From the NCBI GenBank assembly GCA_964453405.1, contig CAYVOF010000002.1, forward strand, positions 10,825-74,824: a stretch of DNA of 64,000 bases, given 5' to 3'. Both the position numbers and the translations under genes were made by a program. Positions 1-9,899 of this stretch are shown here, piece after piece (the first letter of the stretch is position 1; each line of letters opens with the position of its first letter). Under the pieces are notes generated by a model, which was given only the letters and a program-made list of their open reading frames with translations, did not search any database and was not told the DNA's origin. Source of the DNA: an uncultured Candidatus Saccharibacteria bacterium (GTDB lineage Bacteria > Patescibacteriota > Doudnabacteria > UBA920).

Positions 1-411
1 ACTAGCCACAAAGAATTATTCTTACAAGCTGACCACTCGCTATATAGAATAAATACTGTACCGGAATTATTTAGCAGTCAAGTTGAATCAGTAAATTTTA
101 ACGCCAATCGCCAAGAACTAACTTTTACCACACCAACCGAAATTTATTTTTATAACTTTTCCTCGGGTCAGACCGAATTATTTCACCGCAGTTCCCAAGC
201 CTTAACCCAAGCTTTTGTAGTTCCAGAACTTGGTTATGGTTTTGTGACCACTGACAAAGAAGTCTCTGCCATCGAAATAGATAATCGCAACGGTCAAAAT
301 CAATACACGCTGTATAATATGACCCCCGCTAGTATGATGCAATTATCCGATGACGAAAATCAGCTAGTTATTCTAGCAGATCAAAAATTATATTCTATTA
401 TTGTAAACTAG
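1..411 (+). CDS. Partial CDS (5' end outside window), hypothetical; possibly the C-terminal beta-rich part of a CPR PEGA-domain protein
   Basis: Frame 1 is open from position 1 to TAG at 409-411 (TSHKELF...IEIDNRNGQNQYTL...IIVN*). The family guess is from recollection only. Confidence 0.6.
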   Translation, partial: TSHKELFLQADHSLYRINTVPELFSSQVESVNFNANRQELTFTTPTEIYFYNFSSGQTELFHRSSQALTQAFVVPELGYGFVTTDKEVSAIEIDNRNGQNQYTLYNMTPASMMQLSDDENQLVILADQKLYSIIVN

Positions 412-415
412 CGGT

Positions 416-826
416 TTATAAACTAAGGGCTTTATCGATGGCCTGATTAACCATACGATCAGCTTCTTTATTAAACTCACGTAAAATATGCTTAAAGCTA
501 TAGTTATCAAATTCCGCTAATAATCTTTTTACCTTAGCCGCCAACTCCTGTAAATGGGGTTGTTTTATTTTATACTCCCCTAACATTTGCTTAACAATCA
601 ATTCGGAGTCCATAGAAATCTCTAAATCAGTTCCGCCTAAAGTTTTGGAAGATTTAAGAGCTTCGATAAGCGCGGTATATTCGGCTACGTTATTTGTCGT
701 TTCGCCCAAATACTGACCGTGCTCTAAAATAATCGCCCCGTTTTCATCTTTAATTACCCATCCTGCACCCGCAGGTCCTGGGTTACCCCGCGCACCACCA
801 TCTGTACTAAGCAGTAATTTCTTCAT
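416..826 (-). CDS. rnhA: Ribonuclease HI
   Basis: TDGGARGNPGPAGAG, TNNVAEY, DSEL and N.EADRMVN motifs. Confidence 0.95.
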   Translation of the reverse strand: MKKLLLSTDGGARGNPGPAGAGWVIKDENGAIILEHGQYLGETTNNVAEYTALIEALKSSKTLGGTDLEISMDSELIVKQMLGEYKIKQPHLQELAAKVKRLLAEFDNYSFKHILREFNKEADRMVNQAIDKALSL

Positions 827-2651
827 TTTGATTTAAATTTATTAGTTGTTCTTCTTGTTGTGGTTCTTGCTCAGATTCTACGCCTTCTATAAAAGTTACT
901 GGCTGTGCAACCACGACCTCTTCCTTTATTTTAACATCAATCAGGCGCATCTTTAACTTTTTTGTGCCGTTCCAGCTATCTACCATAAGTTCTCCCGCAA
1001 TAGAAATTTCTTTACCTGCTTCTAAGTTAGAGGCAGCATAAGCCATACTAAAGCCAATGGTTTCTAGCAGCGTTTCACCGCAAAGAACTTGAAGCTGTAA
1101 ATGTTGCTGATTAGCGCCAACCAAGCGATGTGAAATGACCGTGGCATCAGATAAAACAAATTTTGGTTTTGGATTACCCGCACCATACGGCTCTAGGGCT
1201 TCTATTTCTGCATAACGCTCAAAAGATAAGTCGCTTTCTGTAAGTTCGGCATCAAGCTCTAATATTGCTGGTGGGAGTTCTTCTGGCCAGTGATTATCTG
1301 TGTATTTCAGAAGTTCCATATAGAACTCGTCCATGTTTTCATTTAGTACTGTTAAGCCGGCAGCTTCTTTATGACCGCCAAACTTTTTGATTTTGTCACG
1401 GCATGCAATAAGAGCCGAGACAATATCAAACCCGCGCGCAGTACGAGCCGATCCAGTAGATTCAGTTTCACCCTTTTGCATCACTATGACGGGTTTTTTG
1501 TAGTGATCGGCTAACTTACCTGCCACAATACCAACCACGCCTTTTGGCCAGGCTTCGTCCGACAAAACTAAAATTTTTCGGTCACTAATTTGCGAGGCTT
1601 TTTCTTTGGCTTCCGAAACTATTCGCGCAGTAATATCCTGACGGCGACGATTAATTTCTTCAATACGATTTGCCAAGTCTATTCCTTCGGCATAATCTGT
1701 TGTGGTAAGCAACTTTAACGCAACATCGGCGTGCTCTAAACGACCAGCAGCATTGATGCGCGGTGCAATATTAAAACCAATGGTAATTGAATCAGGAGCC
1801 TTCTTTCTAAAATCTAATCCAGCGTTCTCTATTAATAACCGCAGGCCCTGCCAACGAGTTTTTTGCAACACTTTTAAACCAAATTTTACCAAGATGCGAT
1901 TTTCACCGAGCAAAGAATGGACGTCAGCCACTGTTCCAATCGCCACTAAGTCTAAGAGCCACTTATCCCATTCCGAATTATATTCATCTGGCTGAATCTT
2001 TTTTTGGGCAATCACTTTTTCGTGATTACTTAACAACGCCTTTGCAAATTTATACGCCACACCCACACCAGTTACTTGCTTATCAGGATACAACTCAGTG
2101 GGGTTTTTGGGGTTCACTAAAGCAAAGGCATCCGGAATGTCGCCAGTGATTTCATGGTGATCAGTAATAATTAAATCAATACCGTTGGCTTTGCAAAACT
2201 TAGCTTCTTCAACGGAGTTAGTACCACAATCCACAGTTATTACCAACTTCACCCCCATGTCTTTGATTTTTTGAAAAGCCTCAAGGTTTAAGCCATACCC
2301 TTCCGCAAAGCGGTCAGGAATATAACTTTCTACATTATCAAGTCCTAAATATCGAAAAGTTTGTTGTAAAACGGCATTAGCTGTCACAGCGTCAGCATCA
2401 TAGTCGCCGTAAATAAGAATTTTCTCACCAGTCTCGATCGCACGCCAAGTGCGGTCCACAGCTTCGCGCATTTGGCCAAATAAAAACGGATCGTAAAGAT
2501 TGTGGTAATCTGGGTTTAAAAACCAGTCTACTCTGTCAGGATCTGACAACCCCAAATTATAGAGAAGTTGCACTTGGAGACTCGAAATTTCTGGAAATTG
2601 CTCCAAAATTGCTGAAGGGACCGGATTTTTTAACTGCCAGTGTTTTGCCAT
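807..2651 (-). CDS. recJ: Single-stranded-DNA exonuclease RecJ
   Basis: GDYDAD, TVDCG, TDHH, GTVAD, PRINAAGR, GGH motifs. Start moved to MAKHWQ (2651), 6 nt after an extended -10 TGCTATCAT. Confidence 0.96.
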   Translation of the reverse strand: MAKHWQLKNPVPSAILEQFPEISSLQVQLLYNLGLSDPDRVDWFLNPDYHNLYDPFLFGQMREAVDRTWRAIETGEKILIYGDYDADAVTANAVLQQTFRYLGLDNVESYIPDRFAEGYGLNLEAFQKIKDMGVKLVITVDCGTNSVEEAKFCKANGIDLIITDHHEITGDIPDAFALVNPKNPTELYPDKQVTGVGVAYKFAKALLSNHEKVIAQKKIQPDEYNSEWDKWLLDLVAIGTVADVHSLLGENRILVKFGLKVLQKTRWQGLRLLIENAGLDFRKKAPDSITIGFNIAPRINAAGRLEHADVALKLLTTTDYAEGIDLANRIEEINRRRQDITARIVSEAKEKASQISDRKILVLSDEAWPKGVVGIVAGKLADHYKKPVIVMQKGETESTGSARTARGFDIVSALIACRDKIKKFGGHKEAAGLTVLNENMDEFYMELLKYTDNHWPEELPPAILELDAELTESDLSFERYAEIEALEPYGAGNPKPKFVLSDATVISHRLVGANQQHLQLQVLCGETLLETIGFSMAYAASNLEAGKEISIAGELMVDSWNGTKKLKMRLIDVKIKEEVVVAQPVTFIEGVESEQEPQQEEQLINLNQNEEITA

Positions 2652-2703
2652 ATTTGAATGATAGCACGGTGGTTTATATTGAAACAGCAACAAAGCCCTT
2701 GCC

Positions 2704-2732
2704 TTGACAATATTAAATAAATCTAGTACAAT
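2704..2732 (+). promoter_or_regulatory. Sigma70 promoter of 2810 ORF
   Basis: TTGACA-17 bp-TACAAT; AAGGAGG before ATG 2810. Confidence 0.8.
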
Positions 2733-2809
2733 ATGGAGTTCTCAAACAGAAATCTTTTCAAAAAAAACAACATGGCAGGCTGGTAAAACCGCCCGCAAGG
2801 AGGAAAAAC

Positions 2810-3493
2810 ATGTTTAACTTTAACCGTTTTAACGTAGCGCTAGGATTAGTTATGACAGCCATAGTATGGTGGCTAACTGGCCTTTCATTGTCAGCAGGCA
2901 GCGGTGTCTTGTTCTTAATCGGAGTATTCCTTTTATCCACACCATTCCTAAAGATTAAAGGTAACCTATGGTCGCTTTTTGGCGGATTCAACCTAGATGG
3001 TAGCGTTTATTCATTGTTTAGCGTTATTCAAATTGCTAATCAGGATGCTATATCACTATTTGGTTTATCCCTTTTGCAGGGGGCCGGTAGAAAATCTATC
3101 CAAATATTTGGGGTGTCATTTATTCAAGTCGCTGGACGGGAAGCTATCCAAGCGATAGGAATCTCTATAGCTCAGCTTTCAAAGGAAGATGTGATTCAGC
3201 TCGCTGGAATCTCCTTAATTCAATTTGCATTTGAGGGAGAGGCCTTTCAGGTATTGGGATTTTTATTATTCCAAGGAGGTGAAAATGAAGCTGCTCAAAT
3301 CATAGGAGTAACTATGGTGCAAGCTTCAGGCGATACATCTGCCCAATTATTTGGACTAATACTTCTTCAACTAGCGGACGAACGAGCAGAGCAATCATTA
3401 GGTTTGTGCGCTATTAGATCCGCAGAACGAGTAACCGGCAAAACTGCTCACCTGATATATGAGAAACCGAGTAACTTCGCTATTGCCAATTAA
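2810..3493 (+). CDS. Hypothetical membrane protein with ~8 tandem 16-aa repeats
   Basis: Two N-terminal hydrophobic segments, then a repeated xxxAxQxxGxxxxQxA unit; own promoter, SD and terminator. Confidence 0.8.
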   Translation: MFNFNRFNVALGLVMTAIVWWLTGLSLSAGSGVLFLIGVFLLSTPFLKIKGNLWSLFGGFNLDGSVYSLFSVIQIANQDAISLFGLSLLQGAGRKSIQIFGVSFIQVAGREAIQAIGISIAQLSKEDVIQLAGISLIQFAFEGEAFQVLGFLLFQGGENEAAQIIGVTMVQASGDTSAQLFGLILLQLADERAEQSLGLCAIRSAERVTGKTAHLIYEKPSNFAIAN

Positions 3494-3506
3494 GATCACT
3501 GACAAC

Positions 3507-3540
3507 AAAAGACTGTCCATACGACAGTCTTTTTTATTTT
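3507..3540 (+). terminator. Intrinsic terminator (probably bidirectional)
   Basis: AAAAGACTGTC-catac-GACAGTCTTTTTTATTTT. Confidence 0.85.
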
Positions 3541-3568
3541 ATAAATTTTTACGAGGCCGCGCCCCAAA

Positions 3569-5191
3569 CTACTTCAACTGCTCTTCAATCTGATCCTTTA
3601 GACTCACCGAAGTCATTTCTGGCGGCTTCTGAATACCAAAGAAGTCTAATACTGTTGGTGCCACATCCGAAACCACCCCTGAAGGCATAGTGTTAGACAA
3701 CGACAAATAGTTGCGTGTAGTTGCCTCTTTAAAAGCTAAATCTTTGGCAACAGCAATAAATGGCACTGGACTGGTACTGTGTTCGGTGTTAACGTCGCCA
3801 GTTTTGCGATCCAACATTTCTTCGATATTGCCGTGGTCTGCAGTAATAATTAACAAGCCATCAACGCTTAGCACTGCGCGACGGATTTTTTCTAAAAAGC
3901 GATCAACATATTGGACAGCTTTAACCGCAGCATCCATATTCCCTGTATGCCCTACCATATCCGTGTTAGCAAAATTGGCTAAATAAAATTGAAAATCTTC
4001 TTCTAATATTTTTTGCACTAATTTATCTGAAACTTCTATTCCCGACATCTGCGGCCTGTCTACATAATTTTTGTCATTAACTGGGCTTTGTATAATCACC
4101 CGTTCTTCGCCAGTAAATGGTTCACTTTTACCACCATTAAAAAATGAAGTCACGTGAGCAAACTTTTCACTTTCTGCAATATGAAACTGCCGCAAATTAT
4201 TTGTCGCAATAACTTCTGACAAATTATTTTTTAAATCCTGTTGAGCGAAGGCTACATGAACCGGCAGGGTACTAAAGTATTCGGTCATGGTAGCAAAGTA
4301 AAGATTTTCCAAAGGGGCGTGCTTTTTTTCGATATCCATTTCTTCGGGAACAACAAATGCTCGAGTTAACTGCAACGCACGATCCGAACGGAAATTAAAA
4401 AATATCACTGCATCATTAGGACCGACAACAGCAGTTGGCTTAATACTACCATCTTCACTGGATCGATCAACGATTACTGTTGGCGGAATCATTTCATCAA
4501 AGACACCTTGATTGTAATTATTAAGCACCGCGTCTTCTACTGTGTCTGCAGAGGCACCTGCACCTTTAACCATGGCGCGATAAGTAGCTTCGGTTTGATC
4601 CCAGTGCTTACCACGATCCATACCATAAAACCGACCGGCGATTGTGGCAATCTTTCCCACATTCTCCCTAGCCATAACTTCTTTTAACTGCGCAATGCTG
4701 TCGAGCGCAACTTTTGGCCCGGTGTCGCGACCATCAGTAAACATATGAATGAACACGTCAGTAAAATCCTGTTCGCGGCACATACCGAGCAACGCATACA
4801 AATGTTCGCTACTACTGTGAACTCCCCCGTCGCTAACCAATCCAACTAAGTGTAATTTTGATTTATTTTTCTTTGCATGTTCAATGGCTTCCAAAAATAC
4901 TGGATTAGTTAAAAAGGTGCGATTTTGAATAGCCTGGTTAATGCGTGGTAAATCTTGACCCACCACTCGACCTGCACCCATATTTAAATGGCCTACTTCG
5001 GAGTTACCTACTTCACCCCAAGGCAGTCCAACAATAGGCCCAGATGCCAACAAAGTTAACGATGGATAATGCGCAATCATATCATTAATACAATCTGGAT
5101 GCGCCAAAGCAATCGCATTACCATGTGTGTAAGTGGCAACACCAAAACCATCGAGAACAACTAGGACAATTTTTTTATAAGTTCGAGGCAT
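3569..5191 (-). CDS. gpmI: 2,3-bisphosphoglycerate-independent phosphoglycerate mutase
   Basis: LDGFG, GNSEVGH, DGGVHS, DGRDT, NFRSDRA, DMVGHTG, TADHGN. Confidence 0.97.
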   Translation of the reverse strand: MPRTYKKIVLVVLDGFGVATYTHGNAIALAHPDCINDMIAHYPSLTLLASGPIVGLPWGEVGNSEVGHLNMGAGRVVGQDLPRINQAIQNRTFLTNPVFLEAIEHAKKNKSKLHLVGLVSDGGVHSSSEHLYALLGMCREQDFTDVFIHMFTDGRDTGPKVALDSIAQLKEVMARENVGKIATIAGRFYGMDRGKHWDQTEATYRAMVKGAGASADTVEDAVLNNYNQGVFDEMIPPTVIVDRSSEDGSIKPTAVVGPNDAVIFFNFRSDRALQLTRAFVVPEEMDIEKKHAPLENLYFATMTEYFSTLPVHVAFAQQDLKNNLSEVIATNNLRQFHIAESEKFAHVTSFFNGGKSEPFTGEERVIIQSPVNDKNYVDRPQMSGIEVSDKLVQKILEEDFQFYLANFANTDMVGHTGNMDAAVKAVQYVDRFLEKIRRAVLSVDGLLIITADHGNIEEMLDRKTGDVNTEHSTSPVPFIAVAKDLAFKEATTRNYLSLSNTMPSGVVSDVAPTVLDFFGIQKPPEMTSVSLKDQIEEQLK

Positions 5192-5201
5192 TTATGTTCA
5201 G

Positions 5202-6455
5202 CTATTGATTTAGTTCGACAGCAATTTTTAATAAGCGATTATACTTTGCCATGCGCTCTCCGCGCGCCAAGCTACCTGCTTTTATATAATCAGCTGCAGC
5301 AGCCACGCTAAGGTCTGCAATAAAATCATCTAAAGTTTCGCCGCTGCGGTGAGAAATTATAACTTTGTAATTAAACTTTTTAGCGAGTTTGATAGTAGTC
5401 ATGGTTTCACTTAAAGTTCCAATCTGATTAACTTTTATTAGAATGCTGTTAGCGATTCCAGAAATTATTCCTGTTTGCAAACGTTCGGGATTAGTGACAA
5501 AAAGATCATCACCGACTAGCGATACAGTGCCACCCAGCTCGGCCGTCAATTTTTGCCAACCTTCAAAGTCATCTTCGGCACAACCATCTTCGATCACTTC
5601 TAAACCGAATTGCTTAATCCATTTTGCATACAATTTATAAACACTCGATGGTTTGTAGTGCATGCGATCGGAACTAAAATTATATACACCGCGCTCGCTA
5701 TCGAAAAATTCGCTAGCTGCGGCGTCAATTCCTAAAGCAATATCTTTACCTAATTTTAATTTCGCTTTATGAATAGCCGCGATCATAAATCGCAATGCTT
5801 TTTCATTAGAATGTACCTTTGGAGCAAACCCGCCTTCGTCGCCCAGACCAACCGACAAATTTTTACTAATAATAAGTTGGCGCAACGCCCAAATAACTTC
5901 ACTACCAATCTCTAATTTTTTAGCAAACTTACCGCGTTTTGGAATAAAGAAAAATTCCTGCACATCAGTTCCCGAGTCAGCATGCAAACCACCATTGATA
6001 ACATTCAATAATGGTGTTGGAAGTTTAGAAGGTTTAGATAGGCCATAAGCTTTTGCAAGATAACTGTATAGCGGTTGACCTTTGAGCTCGCTGGCGAGGC
6101 GCGCCACAGCCAAAGAAACTCCAAGTATCGCATTCGCGCCGAGCTTACTCTTGTTTGGTGTACCATCTTTATCGATCATCAATTGATCAATTTTTTGCTG
6201 CTCAAAAACCGAAATATTTTTTAGTAATGGCGCAACAACTTTTTCAACATTTCGACAAGCTTTAGAAACACCTAAACCACGCCAAGCTTTACCACCATCG
6301 CGCAGTTCAACAGCTTCATGACTTCCCGTAGACGCTCCACTAGGCACCGAGGCAATAGCAAAAGCCTTGTCTGCTTGCACACAGACCTCTAAAGTTGGAT
6401 TGCCGCGACTATCAAAAATCTGCCGCGCAGTAATCTTGGTTATTTGTGAAGCCAT
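5202..6455 (-). CDS. eno: Enolase
   Basis: DSRGNPT, PSGASTG, GDEGG, GDDLFVTN, SHRSGET. Confidence 0.97.
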   Translation of the reverse strand: MASQITKITARQIFDSRGNPTLEVCVQADKAFAIASVPSGASTGSHEAVELRDGGKAWRGLGVSKACRNVEKVVAPLLKNISVFEQQKIDQLMIDKDGTPNKSKLGANAILGVSLAVARLASELKGQPLYSYLAKAYGLSKPSKLPTPLLNVINGGLHADSGTDVQEFFFIPKRGKFAKKLEIGSEVIWALRQLIISKNLSVGLGDEGGFAPKVHSNEKALRFMIAAIHKAKLKLGKDIALGIDAAASEFFDSERGVYNFSSDRMHYKPSSVYKLYAKWIKQFGLEVIEDGCAEDDFEGWQKLTAELGGTVSLVGDDLFVTNPERLQTGIISGIANSILIKVNQIGTLSETMTTIKLAKKFNYKVIISHRSGETLDDFIADLSVAAAADYIKAGSLARGERMAKYNRLLKIAVELNQ

Positions 6456-6595
6456 TTATATTTATTTGTAGTTTTTTTGTTTGTGATTTCTTTCCTGTTT
6501 TTTGGTTATTTTCCGCTAAACTGTGGATTTATTATACCATTTTTTGATAAAAATAAAAAATCCTCAAGAAATTTATAAAGGACCGATTAAAGATC

Positions 6596-7297
6596 TTAAG
6601 ACTTTGAAAACCATGGAGTATCCGACCAGCCAGGTTTAGCATAAAAATACAGAGTAGGCATATCGGGTAAAACATTTTTTAGTTTTGGGTCAGAGAAAGC
6701 ATGGAAAATTGAATTAGGGAATTCCGACTCTAGTATTGATTTTTCTAAATCTCTCATAACAAAGTATTTCTGAGCTGCTTCTATGTGATTTAAATGTATA
6801 TTTCTGTTTTTTGCATTGCGTTCGATCACTTCATTATTCTCAACCAGAGACCACCAATTCTTATTCTGACCCAATTGTTTTTGTCTAATTAAATCAAAAG
6901 AAATTCCATATTTCTTCCAAAGATCACTTAAAAATATGGATTTAAATCCGTATTTCTTAAAGATTTGATTGACACTTTTTATATACGATTGTATAACAGT
7001 TTTTTTATAACCGTTATGCAAACCGTGCATATCTGCAAATATAAAAGTAAAGTTAAGTCCTGGTGGATATAGATTACGTATTTCTAAATTTAAATCATTT
7101 AAAAATTTACATGCTAACTCATCATTAGAATCGGATTTTGACTTTGGCCCTACTCCCCAAAACCCAACCAATTCTATAGGTTTACTTTTTTTAACCGCAT
7201 TTTTAATCAAAAAATGGATATCTTTTGGGAGATAAGGCTTTCCCCTATTGTATCGCCGACTTCTTAACAAGGAATAGATTTGCTCTTCTATTGGCAT
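6596..7297 (-). CDS. Hypothetical protein, resembles the N-terminal core of the PvcA/DIT1 isonitrile-synthase family
   Basis: KPIELVGFWG..K...DELACKFLNDL..EI..LYPPGLNFTFIFAD resembles the PI..LP..K...E..L..L...I..YPPG..I.I.SD pattern; visibly AT-richer than its neighbours. Confidence 0.45.
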   Translation of the reverse strand: MPIEEQIYSLLRSRRYNRGKPYLPKDIHFLIKNAVKKSKPIELVGFWGVGPKSKSDSNDELACKFLNDLNLEIRNLYPPGLNFTFIFADMHGLHNGYKKTVIQSYIKSVNQIFKKYGFKSIFLSDLWKKYGISFDLIRQKQLGQNKNWWSLVENNEVIERNAKNRNIHLNHIEAAQKYFVMRDLEKSILESEFPNSIFHAFSDPKLKNVLPDMPTLYFYAKPGWSDTPWFSKS

Positions 7298-7314
7298 AAG
7301 GGTATTCGCACCAG

Positions 7315-8577
7315 TTATTTTCTCAAAGCCTCAATCCCAGGCAGCTTACTACCAGCCAAGTACTCCAGCATAGCGCCACCACCGGTTGAGACATGGTCAA
7401 AGTGTTCCATCTGACCAGCTTGTCGGATAGATGCCACTGTTTCACCTCCACCAGCCATAGCATAACTTGATCGAGACCCCACACCACCAATAACTTTAGC
7501 CAACGCCATCGTTCCGGCGCGAAAAGGTTTTTTTTCAAAATAACCCATGGGTCCGTTCCAGCAGATCGTTCCAGCACTTTTTAAAATTTTACTAAATGCT
7601 AAAATTGTTTGCGGACCTATATCATAAAGTTTATCTGTGCTAACCACTTCGGTAATTTTCTTTGCTTTAGCTTTATCAGGAGTTTTTATAGTTTCAACAG
7701 CCACATCGGATGGCAATACTAACTTGGCTTTAAAATTTAACAGCATTTCTTTTGCCAAAGCTAAGCTTTGATTGTCTAAACCATTTTTTCCAATATCATA
7801 ACCTTGTCCGCTTAAAAATAAGTTAGCCAAACCGCCCGCTAATAAAATTTTGTCTGCACGTTTTCCTAAATTCCTTAAAGTCTTTTCCTTATCAACAATT
7901 TTTATCCCGCCCATCACTAATATGAATGGTTTTCGAATCGCTGGAGAAAGAATATAATCCATAGCTTTGATTTCTTTTTCTAGTAGCGGTCCGGCGAAAC
8001 TTGGCAAATGTTTAGTTACACCCACAACAGAAGCAGCTGCACGGTGACAAACGCTAAAAGCATCGTTGACATAAAAGTCAGCGAGGCCAGCTAAATGTTT
8101 AGAAAATTCTTCGGTATTACTATCTTCACCTTCGTAAAAACGAATGTTCTCCAACATAACAATATCTTGCGGTGACTGAGCTTCTAAAAGTTTATGAGTT
8201 TCTGGTTCTGTTAAATTCTTTTTGAATAAAACTACATGAGAAATTGGATAAGTTGGCAATTTGGCATCGGTTTCAACAAATTTATACTCCAAAAATTTAG
8301 ACAAGCAATCTGCCACTGGGTGCAAACTAAACTCGTCCATTTCTTTTCCTTTAGGCCACTTTCCATCAGGACGACCCAAATGTGACGCAATAATAATTTT
8401 TACACCAGATTTTTGCAGTAACTTTACAGTCGGTAAAATTGCCTGAATACGAAAGTTATCTAAGAGCTTGCCTTTGTCATTCACCTCTTCGTTTAGATCC
8501 ACACGCAATAAAACTCGCTTATTTTTAAGGAATTTAGGATCTTTTTTTAAATTTTCGGTAAGACTGGAAATTGGCAA
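7315..8577 (-). CDS. pgk: Phosphoglycerate kinase
   Basis: RVDLN, SHLGRP, LENIRF, NDAF...HR, WNGPMG, HVSTGGGA; TTG start. Confidence 0.95.
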   Translation of the reverse strand: MPISSLTENLKKDPKFLKNKRVLLRVDLNEEVNDKGKLLDNFRIQAILPTVKLLQKSGVKIIIASHLGRPDGKWPKGKEMDEFSLHPVADCLSKFLEYKFVETDAKLPTYPISHVVLFKKNLTEPETHKLLEAQSPQDIVMLENIRFYEGEDSNTEEFSKHLAGLADFYVNDAFSVCHRAAASVVGVTKHLPSFAGPLLEKEIKAMDYILSPAIRKPFILVMGGIKIVDKEKTLRNLGKRADKILLAGGLANLFLSGQGYDIGKNGLDNQSLALAKEMLLNFKAKLVLPSDVAVETIKTPDKAKAKKITEVVSTDKLYDIGPQTILAFSKILKSAGTICWNGPMGYFEKKPFRAGTMALAKVIGGVGSRSSYAMAGGGETVASIRQAGQMEHFDHVSTGGGAMLEYLAGSKLPGIEALRK

Positions 8578-8583
8578 TTTCGC

Positions 8584-9615
8584 TTATTTAATTGACTGCC
8601 CGACCAAAATCACTTGCTCAACTAAACGATTAGAATAACCAAACTCATTGTCGTACCAAGCAATAACTTTCACAAAGTTACCATTAGTAACTTTAGTGAG
8701 CGCCAAATCTACAATCGCAGATGCTGGGTTACCAACAATGTCTGAAGATACTAATGGCTCGTCACTTGTCACTAACACTCCTTTATATAAAGGATGCGTA
8801 GTGGCATCAATAAAAGCTTGATTCACTTCTTCGACCGTTACGTCGCGCTTTAATAACATAGTAAAATCGGTTAAGCTACCAACTGGTGTTGGGACGCGAA
8901 TCGCCATACCATCAAATAAACCTTTAAGTTCAGGAATTGTTTCGGTCGCAGAAATAGCAGCACCAGTGGTCGTAGGCACGATGTTCACGGCTGCGGCGCG
9001 GGCGCGACGTAAATCACCAGAGTGTTCCCCAGGAGGCGCACCATCAACTAAATTCTGTTCGGCAGTATAACTATGAATCGTAGTCATCATAGCTTTTTCG
9101 ATTCCAAACTTGGCATGCATTACTGCGGCCACAGGTGCAATACAGTTAGTAGTACACGAAGCGTTGCTAATAATGGCTTCGTCAGTATATTTATCTTCGT
9201 TAACACCAAGAACATAAGTCTTAGTAATCCCCTCATCTTTGGCTGGTGCAGAAATAATTACCCGTTTAGCGCCGGCTTTTAAATGTCCGCTGGCTTTTTC
9301 GCCACTAGTAAATCGACCAGTACTTTCGATCACCACGTCGACTTCTAATTTTGCCCAAGGTAAAGCGGCTGGATCTTTTTCTGCAGTCACTAAATAGCTT
9401 TTACCATTTACAATAATATGGTGTTCATCTGAACTAATGTCATGATCAAATTTGCCATAATTACTATCGTACTTTAAAAGATGTGCTAAAGTTTCTGGAT
9501 TACCTAAATCATTAATTGCTACAATTTCTATTTCTGGCTTATCTAAAGCAATTTTAAAAGCCTGTCGACCGATGCGACCAAAACCGTTGATTGCAATTTT
9601 TACTTTTTTTTCCAT
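8584..9615 (-). CDS. gap: Type I glyceraldehyde-3-phosphate dehydrogenase
   Basis: INGFGRIGR, SNASCTTNC, WYDNE. Confidence 0.98.
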   Translation of the reverse strand: MEKKVKIAINGFGRIGRQAFKIALDKPEIEIVAINDLGNPETLAHLLKYDSNYGKFDHDISSDEHHIIVNGKSYLVTAEKDPAALPWAKLEVDVVIESTGRFTSGEKASGHLKAGAKRVIISAPAKDEGITKTYVLGVNEDKYTDEAIISNASCTTNCIAPVAAVMHAKFGIEKAMMTTIHSYTAEQNLVDGAPPGEHSGDLRRARAAAVNIVPTTTGAAISATETIPELKGLFDGMAIRVPTPVGSLTDFTMLLKRDVTVEEVNQAFIDATTHPLYKGVLVTSDEPLVSSDIVGNPASAIVDLALTKVTNGNFVKVIAWYDNEFGYSNRLVEQVILVGQSIK

Positions 9616-9658
9616 TTTTTGTTTTTTTAATTATTTCTCTATAAAATATTCTTTTTGA

Positions 9659-9898
9659 TTACTTCACTGCTGGATTTGAGTCAATCGGTTCTACTTGATA
9701 ATTGGATGACCTGAGTAACGATGGATCAGAATCTTGCAATTCCTTTTTTACATCTTGAGAAGATTCTTTTTGAATCTCTGCAAATAACTTTACTCGCCAA
9801 GACATGATTAAACCAAGTGCTAACACACCAACAAAAAAATATATTAATAAACGGAGTCGAGTATTTTTATCTTCGAGCCCAGTACCTTGCATTCCCAT
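9659..9898 (-). CDS. Small single-TM hypothetical protein
   Basis: Fills the fba-gap gap, starts 1 nt after the fba stop; one hydrophobic helix. Confidence 0.6.
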   Translation of the reverse strand: MGMQGTGLEDKNTRLRLLIYFFVGVLALGLIMSWRVKLFAEIQKESSQDVKKELQDSDPSLLRSSNYQVEPIDSNPAVK

Positions 9899-9899
9899 A

